The notes: a model not told the origin generated them from the letters alone. 64,000 nt of DNA from an uncultured Phycisphaerales bacterium (GCA_963976955.1 CAXBMD010000003.1:147464-211463); one strand, 5' to 3'. Numbered from the stretch's first letter, positions 1 through 10,232 are shown. Numbers and translations are program-made.

Positions 1-26
1 TCGATACCGGAGCCGCTTCAAAGGAA

Positions 27-710
27 ATGGCCAAGGTCCTTGATGTTGATGTCACGCAAAGCGAGAGTGCTGAGGAAATTCTCTCCCGCGCAGATCGGAA
101 ACTCATCGAGATGACCCGCGATCAAGAGATCGAAAGCTACGCGGTCAACGAGCTTGCACTCGAGGATTTCGGAAAAGAATCGATCGATTCATTGACCGGC
201 GTGCTCAACCGCGAGGGGTTCAAGCATGCGATCCGTCAGATCTACTCCGCAGTGAAACCGGGTGAAGTTGAAATCACCGTCATCCAGATCTCGCTCGCAG
301 GGCTCGAAGAAGTCGCGGCGATCATCGGTCCTGAATCCCATGACGATATCGTGATGGGGACATCGGTGATCCTGCTCAAGTTCTTTGAACCGATGGGCGG
401 GGCGATCTGCCGACTGACGGATCACGACTTTGGGGTTGTGCTCCCCGAGGTGGGTCGCTTGACCGCTTCGCGAGCCGCGGCCTCGATCACGGAGCAGTTC
501 AGTCAGGCACTCAGCAGATGGATCCCGGATCTTCCGAATGTCAACGACCTCGTGCGTGTGCACATCGGTCTGGCGACACTCGACGAGACCACCGCGAAGC
601 TGTTTGTGTCACCGGACAAGCTGGTGCTCGCATCGACCAAAGCGGTGCAAGCCGCGAAGGGTTCGCAAGTGTCCGCGATCCGTTCGTTCGTGCCTAAAAA
701 AGCCGCCTAA
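27..710 (+). CDS. GGDEF-like domain protein with a degenerate active site (probably non-catalytic)
   Basis: LTGVLNREGF matches the start of a GGDEF fold. The GG(D/E)EF position reads TDHDF, and the metal-binding DxD position reads QIS. An AAGGAA Shine-Dalgarno (SD) sequence precedes the ATG. Confidence 0.55.
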   Translation: MAKVLDVDVTQSESAEEILSRADRKLIEMTRDQEIESYAVNELALEDFGKESIDSLTGVLNREGFKHAIRQIYSAVKPGEVEITVIQISLAGLEEVAAIIGPESHDDIVMGTSVILLKFFEPMGGAICRLTDHDFGVVLPEVGRLTASRAAASITEQFSQALSRWIPDLPNVNDLVRVHIGLATLDETTAKLFVSPDKLVLASTKAVQAAKGSQVSAIRSFVPKKAA

Positions 711-733
711 ATCATCATCTTCCACACACAGAA

Positions 734-1963
734 TCATTCGCCCGTTTCGGGGATCATCTTTCCGAGTGTGCATTGATCAAGTGGGTACTGGTCGATCAGA
801 TCCTTGATCGCATCGACCGTGATCGAGTTGATCTGTTGGATCTCGTCTTCGAGCGTCTGGTACTTGCCGCATGCGAGCCAGAGGCGCCCAAGCCGCTGCA
901 TGCGTCCCGCGGGTTTCTCGCCGGCGAGGGTGACGGAGGTCAGCATCTTGGCGCGGAGTTTGGCGAGATCGTCCTCGGTAACTGAGTCTTTGAGACCCTT
1001 GATTTCCTTGAGCATCACATCCCAGATCTGATCAAGCGATTCGGGATCACCCGACGCGTACATGAAGTAATCCCCGGTGCCGTCGAGCCCGTCGTACGCC
1101 GCCATCGCTTCTTCTGCGATCCCGGTTTCGATGAGTGCCCAGTGGAGGCGTGAGTTGTCCGCGCCGCCCAGAATCTGCGTCATGAGCGTCGCGGCGTAGC
1201 GGTCATCACTTTCTAACGGTGGCGCATCGCTCAGACCAAGGATGTACCCACGATTCACCCGATCGCTGGTCATCGTGAAGGCTTCGTGCCCGGTTTTGGG
1301 TCGGGTGGTGTTGCGGGAGGGTTTCGAAGTGTTCCAGTCGCCGCAGATGGTGCGGATCTGTTCGACGGTTGCGTCGAAGTCGAGGTTTCCTGCGAGTGAG
1401 ACGATGGTGTTGTCCGCGCTGTATCGGTCGCGGAAGTAGTCGCGCATCTGTCCGCTCTGCATCGCGTCGATGGATTCTGGGGTTCCCAGGACCCGGTGTC
1501 CGAGGCCGTGGGTGTTGTAGTGGTTTTGGACGCACTGCTCGTAGAGGACCCAGAACGGGTTGTCGGCGTACATCGCGATTTCTTCTTGGATGACATTCTT
1601 TTCGGTGTCGAAATCGTCTTGGCGGAGCGCGGGGCGCATCATCTTCGCGAGCATATCGATCGCTTTGGGGGCGCTATCCGGGATGATGTGCGCGTAGAAG
1701 CAGGTTGACTCTCGTGTGGTGTACGCGTTGTTGGACGCGCCGAGGTCGTCGAATGTTTGGTTGAGGACATCGGCGCTGATCTCTTCGGTGCCTTTGAACA
1801 TCATGTGCTCAAGGTAGTGCGAGACCCCCATCAGCGATGTTTCTTCATCGCGTGCACCGGTTTTGACAAAGAACCCCGCGCCCACAGATTGCGCTTTGGG
1901 ATCGATTTCAGCGAGGATGGTGAGCCCGTTGTCGAGCGTCGTTGATTTGAATTCTACAGGCAT
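734..1963 (-). CDS. M16 (pitrilysin/insulinase) family zinc peptidase
   Basis: The HxxEH zinc motif is present in HYLEHMMFKGT, with M16-like architecture over about 410 aa. The ORF track extends to 2026, but the ATG at 1963 (MPVEFKS) avoids overlap with the upstream thiE stop. Confidence 0.85.
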   Translation of the reverse strand: MPVEFKSTTLDNGLTILAEIDPKAQSVGAGFFVKTGARDEETSLMGVSHYLEHMMFKGTEEISADVLNQTFDDLGASNNAYTTRESTCFYAHIIPDSAPKAIDMLAKMMRPALRQDDFDTEKNVIQEEIAMYADNPFWVLYEQCVQNHYNTHGLGHRVLGTPESIDAMQSGQMRDYFRDRYSADNTIVSLAGNLDFDATVEQIRTICGDWNTSKPSRNTTRPKTGHEAFTMTSDRVNRGYILGLSDAPPLESDDRYAATLMTQILGGADNSRLHWALIETGIAEEAMAAYDGLDGTGDYFMYASGDPESLDQIWDVMLKEIKGLKDSVTEDDLAKLRAKMLTSVTLAGEKPAGRMQRLGRLWLACGKYQTLEDEIQQINSITVDAIKDLIDQYPLDQCTLGKMIPETGE

Positions 1964-1976
1964 GGACCAGTGTAGG

Positions 1977-3041
1977 TCAGCATTTGCTGGAACCTGCGGG
2001 CAGTCGCATGGACTCCACAATCGCAAGGCACGCCGCGTATGGGTCCTCGCTACTGCACACCGTACTGCTCACCGCGACCCCTGGGAATCCGGTCGCCGCG
2101 ATCTGATCAATATTCTGTGGCGTGATCCCCGAGATCGCAAGCATGGGTTTGGTTTGAAGCTCTGAGTCTGCCATTGCGTCGGTGAGCATCTGGATGCCGC
2201 CGAGGTTGGATTTCTGCTTGGTGGTCGATGGGAAGACGGGTCCGAGTCCGCAGTAGTCCGCGCCTTGGTCGAACGCTTCGCGGAGCTGGTCGGTGTTCGA
2301 GCAGGATCGGCCGATGATCGCACGCGGCCCGAGGATGGAGCGTGCGGTGCTAATTGGGAGGTCGTGCTGACCGAGGTGAACCCCGTCGGCACGCGACGCG
2401 AGTGCGATGTCGACGCGGTCGTTGATAATCGCGGTCATGCCATGCTCATGCGCACACGCGACCATCGCGGAGGCGTGAGCGAGCAGTTCATCGCTCGGCA
2501 TGTCTTTTTCTCGGATTTGGATGCACTCAGCCCCGGCGCGGGCCGCGTCTTGGATCACGGCTTCCGGGGAGTGATGCAGACACAGCGACTTGGTCAGCAG
2601 CACGCACACGGACCATTTCACGCTTGGCTGATCCAGTTTGAGGATCAGGTCACGGTGGATGTCGTAGAGCGCGTAGCGGATGGACTCGAAGGGAGTTCCA
2701 GAATGCCCAAGGGCTTTCGCGGATTCTTCGAGAACCCGGATGGCTTCTTGCGATCGTTTGGCCGCTGCGGTGGCGATGTCGATCACGCCTTCTTCCCGGC
2801 TTTGTTCGTTGGGAGTGGTAATCAAAGTCCCGACATCGCCTGCGGTGTTTCTTGACGCGAGGAGTGTCGATTGGTTGATGCCGAGGGATTGGACACCGGT
2901 CTGGAGATTGTGGCGGAGGACTTTGAGGGATTCGCTCATCGGTTCGCTGTTGAGCGAGAAGCGAGCGAGGTCTTCGAGCACGCGGATCCCCTCGCTGGCG
3001 CGGTTGGTGTTGGCGTCGATGATCCGGTGCAGGTCGTTCAA
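1977..3041 (-). CDS. thiE: Thiamine-phosphate synthase with an N-terminal ThiD2-like extension
   Basis: The C-terminal half (IQIREKD...INDRVDIA...GVHLGQHD...GLGPVFPSTTK) is ThiE-like. The N-terminal approx 130 aa (IIDANTNRASEGIRVLED) resembles the extension found on some ThiE proteins. Confidence 0.8.
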   Translation of the reverse strand: MNDLHRIIDANTNRASEGIRVLEDLARFSLNSEPMSESLKVLRHNLQTGVQSLGINQSTLLASRNTAGDVGTLITTPNEQSREEGVIDIATAAAKRSQEAIRVLEESAKALGHSGTPFESIRYALYDIHRDLILKLDQPSVKWSVCVLLTKSLCLHHSPEAVIQDAARAGAECIQIREKDMPSDELLAHASAMVACAHEHGMTAIINDRVDIALASRADGVHLGQHDLPISTARSILGPRAIIGRSCSNTDQLREAFDQGADYCGLGPVFPSTTKQKSNLGGIQMLTDAMADSELQTKPMLAISGITPQNIDQIAATGFPGVAVSSTVCSSEDPYAACLAIVESMRLPAGSSKC

Positions 3042-3134
3042 AGTGGGTCCAATTTCGAGGGTTTGGGTGAGAACTCAAGACAATAGCACAATGAGACGCG
3101 ATTCTGCTCACAACCTCCGTACTGACAGGCAATA

Positions 3135-4013
3135 ATGCTTCTCAGCCAAATCGAGCGTACACCGACCCTCCGGTCGAACCAGAGCGAATACACCCCCATG
3201 TCCACACCTACAGGCCCAGTCGAAGCGAACGAACGCATCACCTACCGCACCGCGTATGAGGACGAGCATCTATTGGTCGTTGAAAAACCGACCCGTTTGG
3301 TCTCCACCCCAGGCGTCGGGCACGAGCACGACACGCTGCTCAACGGGCTCATGGCACGATACACAAAGCAGCTCACCAATCTCGGAGCCGTCCGAGATCA
3401 TGGGATGCTGCACCGGTTGGACAAAGAAACCTCCGGTCTCCTCGTCGTCGCGCTCAACCAGAAGAGCTACGACGGGCTGCGCGAGCAGTTTGAGCAACGG
3501 AAGATCAAGAAGTTCTATTGGGCAATCACCCACAAAGCTCCGCGCGACGCCGAAGGCGTGATCCGCAAGTCGATGACCGATGTGGTCAAGCGTGCATCGC
3601 GGTACACCTCGACACGGACGAGCCGGGTTGACCGGAACGGGAAGACCGCGGTCACCGCGTACCGGGTGCTCCACGAGTCCGCACTGGCGGCACTCATCGA
3701 AGCACGCCCGATCACCGGACGCTTGCACCAGATCCGTGTGCATCTGGATTCTGTTGGTGCCGCGGTGCTTGGGGATCGTTTGTATGGTCCCAAGATCATC
3801 CGCGAAGCAGCTCCGCGACTAGCGCTCCATTCGCACCGGTTGTGCTTCGTGCATCCGATCACCGGCGAAGAAGTGGACATCCGCACCCAGTTCCCGCGTG
3901 ATCTCCGCACGACGATGAAGAAGATGAACCTGCCTCGTCCGGAACTCAATCCGATCGAGCCGGCTCCATCTACGCTCCCTGAAGCAATCACCGCGCCCAA
4001 CGATGACGAATAG
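3135..4013 (+). CDS. RluA-family pseudouridine synthase
   Basis: The catalytic HRLDKETSGLLVVA motif and a C-terminal HQIRVHL motif are present. The start codon is uncertain (M1 or M22). Confidence 0.85.
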   Translation: MLLSQIERTPTLRSNQSEYTPMSTPTGPVEANERITYRTAYEDEHLLVVEKPTRLVSTPGVGHEHDTLLNGLMARYTKQLTNLGAVRDHGMLHRLDKETSGLLVVALNQKSYDGLREQFEQRKIKKFYWAITHKAPRDAEGVIRKSMTDVVKRASRYTSTRTSRVDRNGKTAVTAYRVLHESALAALIEARPITGRLHQIRVHLDSVGAAVLGDRLYGPKIIREAAPRLALHSHRLCFVHPITGEEVDIRTQFPRDLRTTMKKMNLPRPELNPIEPAPSTLPEAITAPNDDE

Positions 4014-4021
4014 GACGAAGA

Positions 4022-5302
4022 TTAGTCTTCGATGAGCGCGCCGATGAGTTCTCTCGCAACGCGGTCGGCGAAGTGGTATCCCTCGTTGGTCAGTTTCCAG
4101 CGATTGGTCTCTAGTGAAACCCATCCCTGATCGATGCACAGCAGCATTGCACTTTCGACGCGCTGTCCGCAACCGAATCCCTCGGCTTGAGCAAGCAGCT
4201 CAGTTCGATCCAGACCTTCACTGATGCGGACACTCAGCATCATGCGGTCCATGAGGGAACGCCTTGGATCGGGTGATTCGTGCTCGCAGATCGGTGCGAA
4301 CCCGTCTTCTGAAGTGTTGATGTACTCGTCGAGTCGAGGCGTGTTTTTCCATCGCATGCCATCGAGATGCCCCGAGGCGCTTGGTCCGACCGCGAGCCAG
4401 TTTTTGCCTTGCCAGTACGCGAGGTTGTGTTTGCATTCGCTGCCTTGGGTCGCGTGGTTGGAGACCTCGTAGCGATTGAGACCGTGTGTGCGGATCTGGT
4501 CGAGGGTGTGGTTGTACATCTCGACTTCGAGTTCATCGGGGGTGGGTTCGAACTCGCCCCGCTTGAGCCGAGCGGTCATCGCGGTGTTGGGTTCGTAGGT
4601 GAGTGCATACGCGGAGATGTGGTCGATCGGGAGCTCGAACGCACGCTGGAGATCCTCGGCCCATTCTTCGAGGGTCTGGGTGGGAACGCCATAGATGAGA
4701 TCGAGCGACAACCGCTCAAACCCCGCGGCTTTAGCGCGGAGAATCGAGCGTTCGACGGATTCTGGATCGTGGTGGCGTTCGAGTGCTTTGAGGTGCTTGG
4801 TGTTGAAGGACTGGGCGCCGGTCGAGATCCGGTTGACTCCGGATTCCACAAGCACATCGCAGATTTCTTCCGTAAAGGTCTCGGGGTTGGATTCGATGGT
4901 CCATTCGGTCGTGGGGGTGATCGAGAACTCGCGTTCGATGTTGGACAGAAGGTCTCGGAGGAGATTGGGCGCGAGGAGGGTTGGGGTTCCGCCGCCGATG
5001 AATATGGTGTCAAGGGTTGGGTGTCCTGAAGCGTTGGACTGGGCGCGGAGTTCACGGATCATCCGTTCTACGAATGCTTCTTGTCGATCTTGACGGTCCA
5101 CAATCGAATAAAAATCACAATAATGGCACTTGTGGAAGCAAAACGGGATGTGGACATACAGCGATGAGACGCTGGGGACTGAGGGAAGCGCGGGATTTGC
5201 ATCCGGATCGACAACTCCTGAGCGTGCCCAGTTGGTGATTGGGTCCTTGGAAGTCCCCAACGAGCGTTGCTTTAGGAGTGAAAAGGCGGTATCGTCCTTC
5301 AT
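4022..5302 (-). CDS. hemW: Radical SAM HemW/HemN-like protein (heme chaperone / coproporphyrinogen oxidase-like)
   Basis: A CxxxCxxC cluster occurs in YVHIPFCFHKCHYCDF, with a GGGTPT motif and a HemN_C-like tail. The ORF track runs to 5398, but the ATG at 5302 (MKDDTAF) avoids overlap with the divergent FHA gene. Confidence 0.85.
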   Translation of the reverse strand: MKDDTAFSLLKQRSLGTSKDPITNWARSGVVDPDANPALPSVPSVSSLYVHIPFCFHKCHYCDFYSIVDRQDRQEAFVERMIRELRAQSNASGHPTLDTIFIGGGTPTLLAPNLLRDLLSNIEREFSITPTTEWTIESNPETFTEEICDVLVESGVNRISTGAQSFNTKHLKALERHHDPESVERSILRAKAAGFERLSLDLIYGVPTQTLEEWAEDLQRAFELPIDHISAYALTYEPNTAMTARLKRGEFEPTPDELEVEMYNHTLDQIRTHGLNRYEVSNHATQGSECKHNLAYWQGKNWLAVGPSASGHLDGMRWKNTPRLDEYINTSEDGFAPICEHESPDPRRSLMDRMMLSVRISEGLDRTELLAQAEGFGCGQRVESAMLLCIDQGWVSLETNRWKLTNEGYHFADRVARELIGALIED

Positions 5303-5388
5303 GTCGTATCCAGTTTGGAGTGATGCGATCCCGGGAGTGAGCGTTTTCTTTGCTCGCTTTCGATGGTTCTTGAGAAAGGATAGCCCCT

Positions 5389-5880
5389 GTGCAAGCATTC
5401 TTGATCCGTGTCACAGCAGATGGCAAAGCCCAGCCTGTCCCTGTCAGCAATGAACGAACACTCATCGGCCGTCTGGACGATTGCCAGATCCGCATCCGAT
5501 CCGGAAAGATCTCTCGGCACCACTGCGAGGTCATCTTCGATGACGGGACACTCAAGCTGGTCGATCTCGGATCCAGCAACGGGACTTATCTCAACAAGGA
5601 ACGCGTTGAGGAGTCGGAGCTGAAAGCGGGCGATTTGATCTCGTTTGGCTCGATGGTGTTTCTGGTACAGATTGATGGGGCACCAGAGGAGTTCGAGCCC
5701 GGTCTGCTGTACGAGGATGGGCTCCCTGATCTGCCCCCTCCGAATCCAGAATATGCCGCGGCGCACACACCCAAACCGGTCCACCAGCATGCACCAACCG
5801 CAGCCGGAGATGATTCGAGCATGATGGACTTTAACTTTGAGTTTGATCTCGATGACGACGAAGAGCAGCCACCGCTGTAA
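5389..5880 (+). CDS. FHA domain-containing protein
   Basis: FHA hallmarks are present: IGRLDDCQIRI...SRHHCEV...LVDLGSSNGTYLN. The C-terminus is acidic. Confidence 0.8.
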   Translation: MQAFLIRVTADGKAQPVPVSNERTLIGRLDDCQIRIRSGKISRHHCEVIFDDGTLKLVDLGSSNGTYLNKERVEESELKAGDLISFGSMVFLVQIDGAPEEFEPGLLYEDGLPDLPPPNPEYAAAHTPKPVHQHAPTAAGDDSSMMDFNFEFDLDDDEEQPPL

Positions 5881-5919
5881 GCGATGGCGCGGATCAATCT
5901 GCGTGATATTGCCTGTAGG

Positions 5920-6090
5920 CTATGAGTTTTTAGCCGATTGTGGGTCTTCAGAGCCTTTGGGCTGAGGCACACGGATATTGGTCCCGCACTGCTTGCAGCG
6001 GACGGTCTTTCCTCGCGCGACTTCGGGAACCGACAACAGCTTTCGACAGGTCAGGTTCGGGCACATCATTCTGAGCATTTGTTCTGACAT
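5920..6090 (-). CDS. Small zinc-ribbon protein (56 aa), below the ORF-track length cutoff
   Basis: Hand translation gives MSEQMLRMMCPNLTCRKLLSVPEVARGKTVRCKQCGTNIRVPQPKGSEDPQSAKNS. It contains CxxxxC...CxxC, and a GGAGG lies 10 nt upstream of the ATG. Confidence 0.5.
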   Translation of the reverse strand: MSEQMLRMMCPNLTCRKLLSVPEVARGKTVRCKQCGTNIRVPQPKGSEDPQSAKNS

Positions 6091-6253
6091 GGTTCAGCAG
6101 CCTCCAAGCGAGATCATCGGACATCGCAGGCTCCGGGTTCAGCGATCAATGTCATGAGAAAGCGCCCACTGGTCCGGCTGTATGGGTGAACCGGGCTGTT
6201 CGTCCGTATATCCTTCCTTGAACTCACACCGATTCCAACGGAGGTCAGCGAAC

Positions 6254-7618
6254 ATGGGTCACAACTCTGGTCACGCAGCAGCAGTCGTCGGGCTCCAATG
6301 GGGCGATGAAGGCAAGGGCAAACTGGTCGATCTGCTCGCGGGCAAGTACCGTGCGGTGGTCCGATATAACGGCGGCGCCAACGCGGGACACTCCGTGGTG
6401 GTGGGGGGTGAGCGGTATTCGCTGCACCTGGTCCCGTCCGGGATTCTGTCACCGAACTGTGAAGCGGTCATCGGGAATGGGGTCGTGGTTGATCCGCACC
6501 GGTTGCTCGAAGAAATCAAGACGCTCAACGAACGCGGGGTGGACACCAAGCGGCTCGTGATTTCGGACCGGGCGCATGTGGTGATGCCGTACCACAAAGC
6601 GGAGGATGCGGCACGCGAGGACCTGCTCAGCAGCACGACCGAATCCAGCGAGAGCGATGCGACCAAGAAAGTCATCTCCGCGATCGGGACCACCAAACGC
6701 GGGATTGGTCCCGCGTACGCGGACAAGATTCACCGCTCGACGGCGATCCGGATCGGGGACCTCACGCGTCCCGCGATCCTCCGCACCAAGCTCGAGATGA
6801 TCTGCGGGCTCAAGAACGCGGTCCTCGGCGCGATGATTGGTGAAGGGTTTGAGCCGTTCGATGCGGAGCAGTTGACCAACGAGATGATCGAGTGCGGCAA
6901 GGCACTTGCGCCGATGATCAAGGACACCGCGTACCTGCTTGATGATCTCCGCAAGGAAGGGCAACCGATCCTGTTCGAGGGTGCCAACGCGACGATGCTT
7001 GATGTCGATCACGGGACCTACCCGTTTGTGACCAGTTCGAACTCCTCAGCACTGGGTATAGGTGCAGGATCAGGTGTGCCACCACAATGCATCAGCCAGA
7101 TCATCGGGGTTGTTAAGGCGTACTCCACGCGTGTTGGTGGGGGACCGATGCCGACGGAGTTGTTTGATCAGGTTGGGGACGACATCCGTACTCGCGGACG
7201 CGAGTTTGGGACGACGACCGGGCGCCCGCGCCGGGTCGGATGGTTGGATCTGGTTGCGGTCAAGTATTCCGCGATGATCTCCGGAGCGACCGAGCTGTGC
7301 ATCACGCTGCTCGATGTCCTTGCGGGGGAACCAGAGCTCAAGATCGCGACATCGTACCGCGTGGATGGCAAAGTGACTGATCGGTTCTTGCCCGATGGGT
7401 ATCTGCTGGATCAAGCGGAGCCGGTGTATGAAACTGTTCCGGGTTTTTCCCAAGATATCACCATGGCACGCACCTTTGAAGAACTCCCCCCCGAGGCGCA
7501 GGCGTACATCGAGAAGATCGAGGCGTTTGTTGGTGTGCCGGTCCGGACGGTGTCCGTAGGACCGGATCGCGAGCAGACGATTGTCCGCGATTCGGTGCTC
7601 GCTGAAGCGACCGCGTAG
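6254..7618 (+). CDS. purA: Adenylosuccinate synthetase
   Basis: The QWGDEGKGK P-loop, GTTKRGIGPAY and GTTTGRPRR motifs are present. An ATG at 6254 with a GGAGG SD is preferred over the ORF-track start at 6182. Confidence 0.95.
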   Translation: MGHNSGHAAAVVGLQWGDEGKGKLVDLLAGKYRAVVRYNGGANAGHSVVVGGERYSLHLVPSGILSPNCEAVIGNGVVVDPHRLLEEIKTLNERGVDTKRLVISDRAHVVMPYHKAEDAAREDLLSSTTESSESDATKKVISAIGTTKRGIGPAYADKIHRSTAIRIGDLTRPAILRTKLEMICGLKNAVLGAMIGEGFEPFDAEQLTNEMIECGKALAPMIKDTAYLLDDLRKEGQPILFEGANATMLDVDHGTYPFVTSSNSSALGIGAGSGVPPQCISQIIGVVKAYSTRVGGGPMPTELFDQVGDDIRTRGREFGTTTGRPRRVGWLDLVAVKYSAMISGATELCITLLDVLAGEPELKIATSYRVDGKVTDRFLPDGYLLDQAEPVYETVPGFSQDITMARTFEELPPEAQAYIEKIEAFVGVPVRTVSVGPDREQTIVRDSVLAEATA

Positions 7619-7642
7619 TGCAGACTTGACAACACAGGAACG

Positions 7643-8476
7643 GTGATGAATCAACCCACAACCCAAACGCTTGGAGCGGAATCACGCGCCGCGCTCGAAC
7701 GAATCAAGGCACGCTACCCCGATGCCGATCCGCTCGGATTGTTGGTTGGAGTTGATCCCGCGAAGATCCCCGCTCATATCGCGATGATTATGGATGGCAA
7801 CGGGCGTTGGGCAAAGGAGCGGGGGCTCCCCAGAATCAAGGGTCATCACGAGGGCGCGAAGAATGTCCGCGTGATGCTCGAAGCGTGTGCATCCATTGGG
7901 GTTGAGGTGCTGACGCTGTACTCGTTCTCAACGGAGAACTGGTCGCGTCCGAGCGATGAGATTCAGGGATTGATGGAGATGTGCGTCGCGTACTGCGAGC
8001 ACGAGCGGGAGGCGCTCAAAGCACACAATGTCCGTGTCCGGATTCTGGGTCGGCGTGAGGGGATGCCGGCGCCCGCGCTCCAAGCTTTGGATTCGCTGGT
8101 GGATGCGACCAAGGACTGCACCGGAATAACGATGTGTCTTGCGGTCAACTATGGTGGTCGCGATGAGATCGTGGACGCCGCTCGTTCGCTCGCGGCTCGC
8201 GCGGTCAACGGTGAGATCAAGCCGGAAGACATTGATGCTGGGATGTTTGCCGATGCGTTGACGACCAAGGGGCTTCCTGATCCGGACCTGCTGATCCGCA
8301 CCGGTGGGGACTTCCGCGTGAGCAACTACCTGCTCTGGCAGATCAGCTACGCGGAGATCATGGTGACCGGAGTCCAATGGCCTGATTTCTCGCGGGATGA
8401 GTTGTTTGCGATGATCCAGGATTTCGCGGCTCGCTCAAGACGATTCGGGAATATCGACTCTGAATCCGGAGCGTAG
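7643..8476 (+). CDS. uppS: Isoprenyl transferase (undecaprenyl-diphosphate synthase family)
   Basis: Cis-prenyltransferase motifs IAMIMDGNGRWA, YSFSTENW and LIRTGGDFRVSNYLLWQ are present. Confidence 0.9.
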   Translation: MMNQPTTQTLGAESRAALERIKARYPDADPLGLLVGVDPAKIPAHIAMIMDGNGRWAKERGLPRIKGHHEGAKNVRVMLEACASIGVEVLTLYSFSTENWSRPSDEIQGLMEMCVAYCEHEREALKAHNVRVRILGRREGMPAPALQALDSLVDATKDCTGITMCLAVNYGGRDEIVDAARSLAARAVNGEIKPEDIDAGMFADALTTKGLPDPDLLIRTGGDFRVSNYLLWQISYAEIMVTGVQWPDFSRDELFAMIQDFAARSRRFGNIDSESGA

Positions 8477-8494
8477 AAAGGCTATCCTACAGCC

Positions 8495-9418
8495 GTGTTA
8501 AAGTATCGTCTGACATTCGGCCCCCTCCTGATCGCGGCGATCATCTTGCTCGCGTGGCTCGATGAGTACATCGATGGGTTGTCCGCTCCTGAGTTCTTTC
8601 CGCAGACCACCATGCCTCCCGGGATCATCGTTGCGGTGGTGCTTGGGGTTCTGGGTGTGATGGGATCGCGTGAGGTCGCTCGGATCTTGCGTGCCAAATC
8701 CGTGATGATCCATACCTGGTTTGCCGCGGTTGCTTCGATCTTTGGGATTCTGGTCGTGGGATTGACTCCAACGGGAACCGCTGGATCGACCGGGTTTGCG
8801 ATCGGGGTGTCTTCTGTTGTTGGGTCGTTTGTGCTGGGATTGCTGTACGCGATCCGCTCCAAGCAGGTCGATGGAGCGATCTTTGTCGGCGCGGGGGTGC
8901 TGTTGATCCATGTGTATATGGGGCTGATGCTGGGGTTTTTGTTGTTGATCCGTCGGGAGCATTCGATCTGGATGATGATCTGGGTGCTCGCGTGCGTGAA
9001 GTCGTGCGATATCGGCGCGTTCTTTACCGGGACGGCGATCGGGAAGCACAAGCTCATTGAATGGTTGTCTCCCAAGAAAACTTGGGAAGGATTGTTCGGG
9101 GGGCTCGCAACTTCTGGAGCCGTGGGTGGACTTGGATTCTGGCTGCTCGCGAATGGTGGATACGAGAACTACAACCCGATGTGGGGCGTTGTGCTGGGTG
9201 TGCTTTTCGGTGCAATCGGGCAAGCGGGCGATTTGACCGCGAGTTTGTTCAAACGCGATGCGGGTGTGAAAGACGCTGGGACAAGCATCCCGGGGTTCGG
9301 TGGCATCCTTGATCTGATCGATTCTCCGGTGCTGGTGGCGCCGTTCGCGTACTGGGCAATCCGGATCGTGATGGATCTCTCAAGTTCCGGTGCTGATTTG
9401 GGCATAATCAGTGGCTAA
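8495..9418 (+). CDS. cdsA: Phosphatidate cytidylyltransferase
   Basis: This is a multi-TM protein with a CdsA signature (SPKKTWEG...GD...S..KR..G.KD...IPGFGGILD). It follows uppS, as in many bacteria. The start is GTG. Confidence 0.85.
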   Translation: MLKYRLTFGPLLIAAIILLAWLDEYIDGLSAPEFFPQTTMPPGIIVAVVLGVLGVMGSREVARILRAKSVMIHTWFAAVASIFGILVVGLTPTGTAGSTGFAIGVSSVVGSFVLGLLYAIRSKQVDGAIFVGAGVLLIHVYMGLMLGFLLLIRREHSIWMMIWVLACVKSCDIGAFFTGTAIGKHKLIEWLSPKKTWEGLFGGLATSGAVGGLGFWLLANGGYENYNPMWGVVLGVLFGAIGQAGDLTASLFKRDAGVKDAGTSIPGFGGILDLIDSPVLVAPFAYWAIRIVMDLSSSGADLGIISG

Positions 9419-9427
9419 ACTATCTCC

Positions 9428-10216
9428 ATGACCACAACTGCCAAGCCTCAGGAGGGTTGCATGTCCGTGACCGCCAAGTTGCTCTCTGTCTTCCGCGTAG
9501 ATCAACAGATTCAAGGACTCCAGTCCAGGTTAGAGGGGGCTGAACGCTTCCTCGCTGAACAGACCCGCCAACTCGCGGCTCTTGGGACTGAAAAAGACTC
9601 TGTCGATACCCAACTCCGTCAGCTCCGCGCCAGCGAAGCGAACGCCGAGGGCGAGAGCAAGCGGATCGAAACCCACATCGACGAGCTCCGCGAAAAGATG
9701 AACAACGCGGCAACCAACAAAGAATACAAAGCCTTCCTTAGCGAGGTGAACAACCTCAAAGAGATCCGCTCGACGCATGATGATCAAGCGATCGAGTTCC
9801 TTGAGCAGATCGAAGTGCTCAACACCAAACTCGAAACGATCACCACGGGTGTGACTGATAAAGAAAAAGTGAGAGCACTCGCTGAGGAGCAGCGTCAGCA
9901 GCGTTCGGATGAGATCGCAGAGAAACTCGCTGAACTTAAAGCGCAACGCGAACAGCTCGTGACCGAGGTTCCCCAGGACGCGTTGGCGATTTACACAGAG
10001 CTCCTGGAAATGCGAGGCGAAGACGCGATGGCGCCGCTGGAAGTTGCGGATCGCAAGCGTCACGAGTATGTTTGTGGCTCATCGATGATGTCGGTGCCGG
10101 TCGAGGTCGCTGCATCGTTGATGCAGGGCAAGCTGACACTCTCTCCCAACGACGGATGCATCTTGTACTTGACTCCTGAAGTTCAAGAAGAACTCAGCGA
10201 AGCGTTCAAGAAATAA
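9428..10216 (+). CDS. COG1579-like coiled-coil protein with a degenerate C-terminal zinc ribbon
   Basis: A long heptad-rich region with NKEYKAFLSEV and ALAIYTELLEMRG resembles the C4-type zinc-ribbon coiled-coil family. Only 2 of the 4 expected Cys are present (VCGSS...NDGCILY). The start may instead be the MSVTAKL methionine (approx 9470). Confidence 0.55.
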   Translation: MTTTAKPQEGCMSVTAKLLSVFRVDQQIQGLQSRLEGAERFLAEQTRQLAALGTEKDSVDTQLRQLRASEANAEGESKRIETHIDELREKMNNAATNKEYKAFLSEVNNLKEIRSTHDDQAIEFLEQIEVLNTKLETITTGVTDKEKVRALAEEQRQQRSDEIAEKLAELKAQREQLVTEVPQDALAIYTELLEMRGEDAMAPLEVADRKRHEYVCGSSMMSVPVEVAASLMQGKLTLSPNDGCILYLTPEVQEELSEAFKK

Positions 10217-10232
10217 ATCGTTCAGAGTGCAT

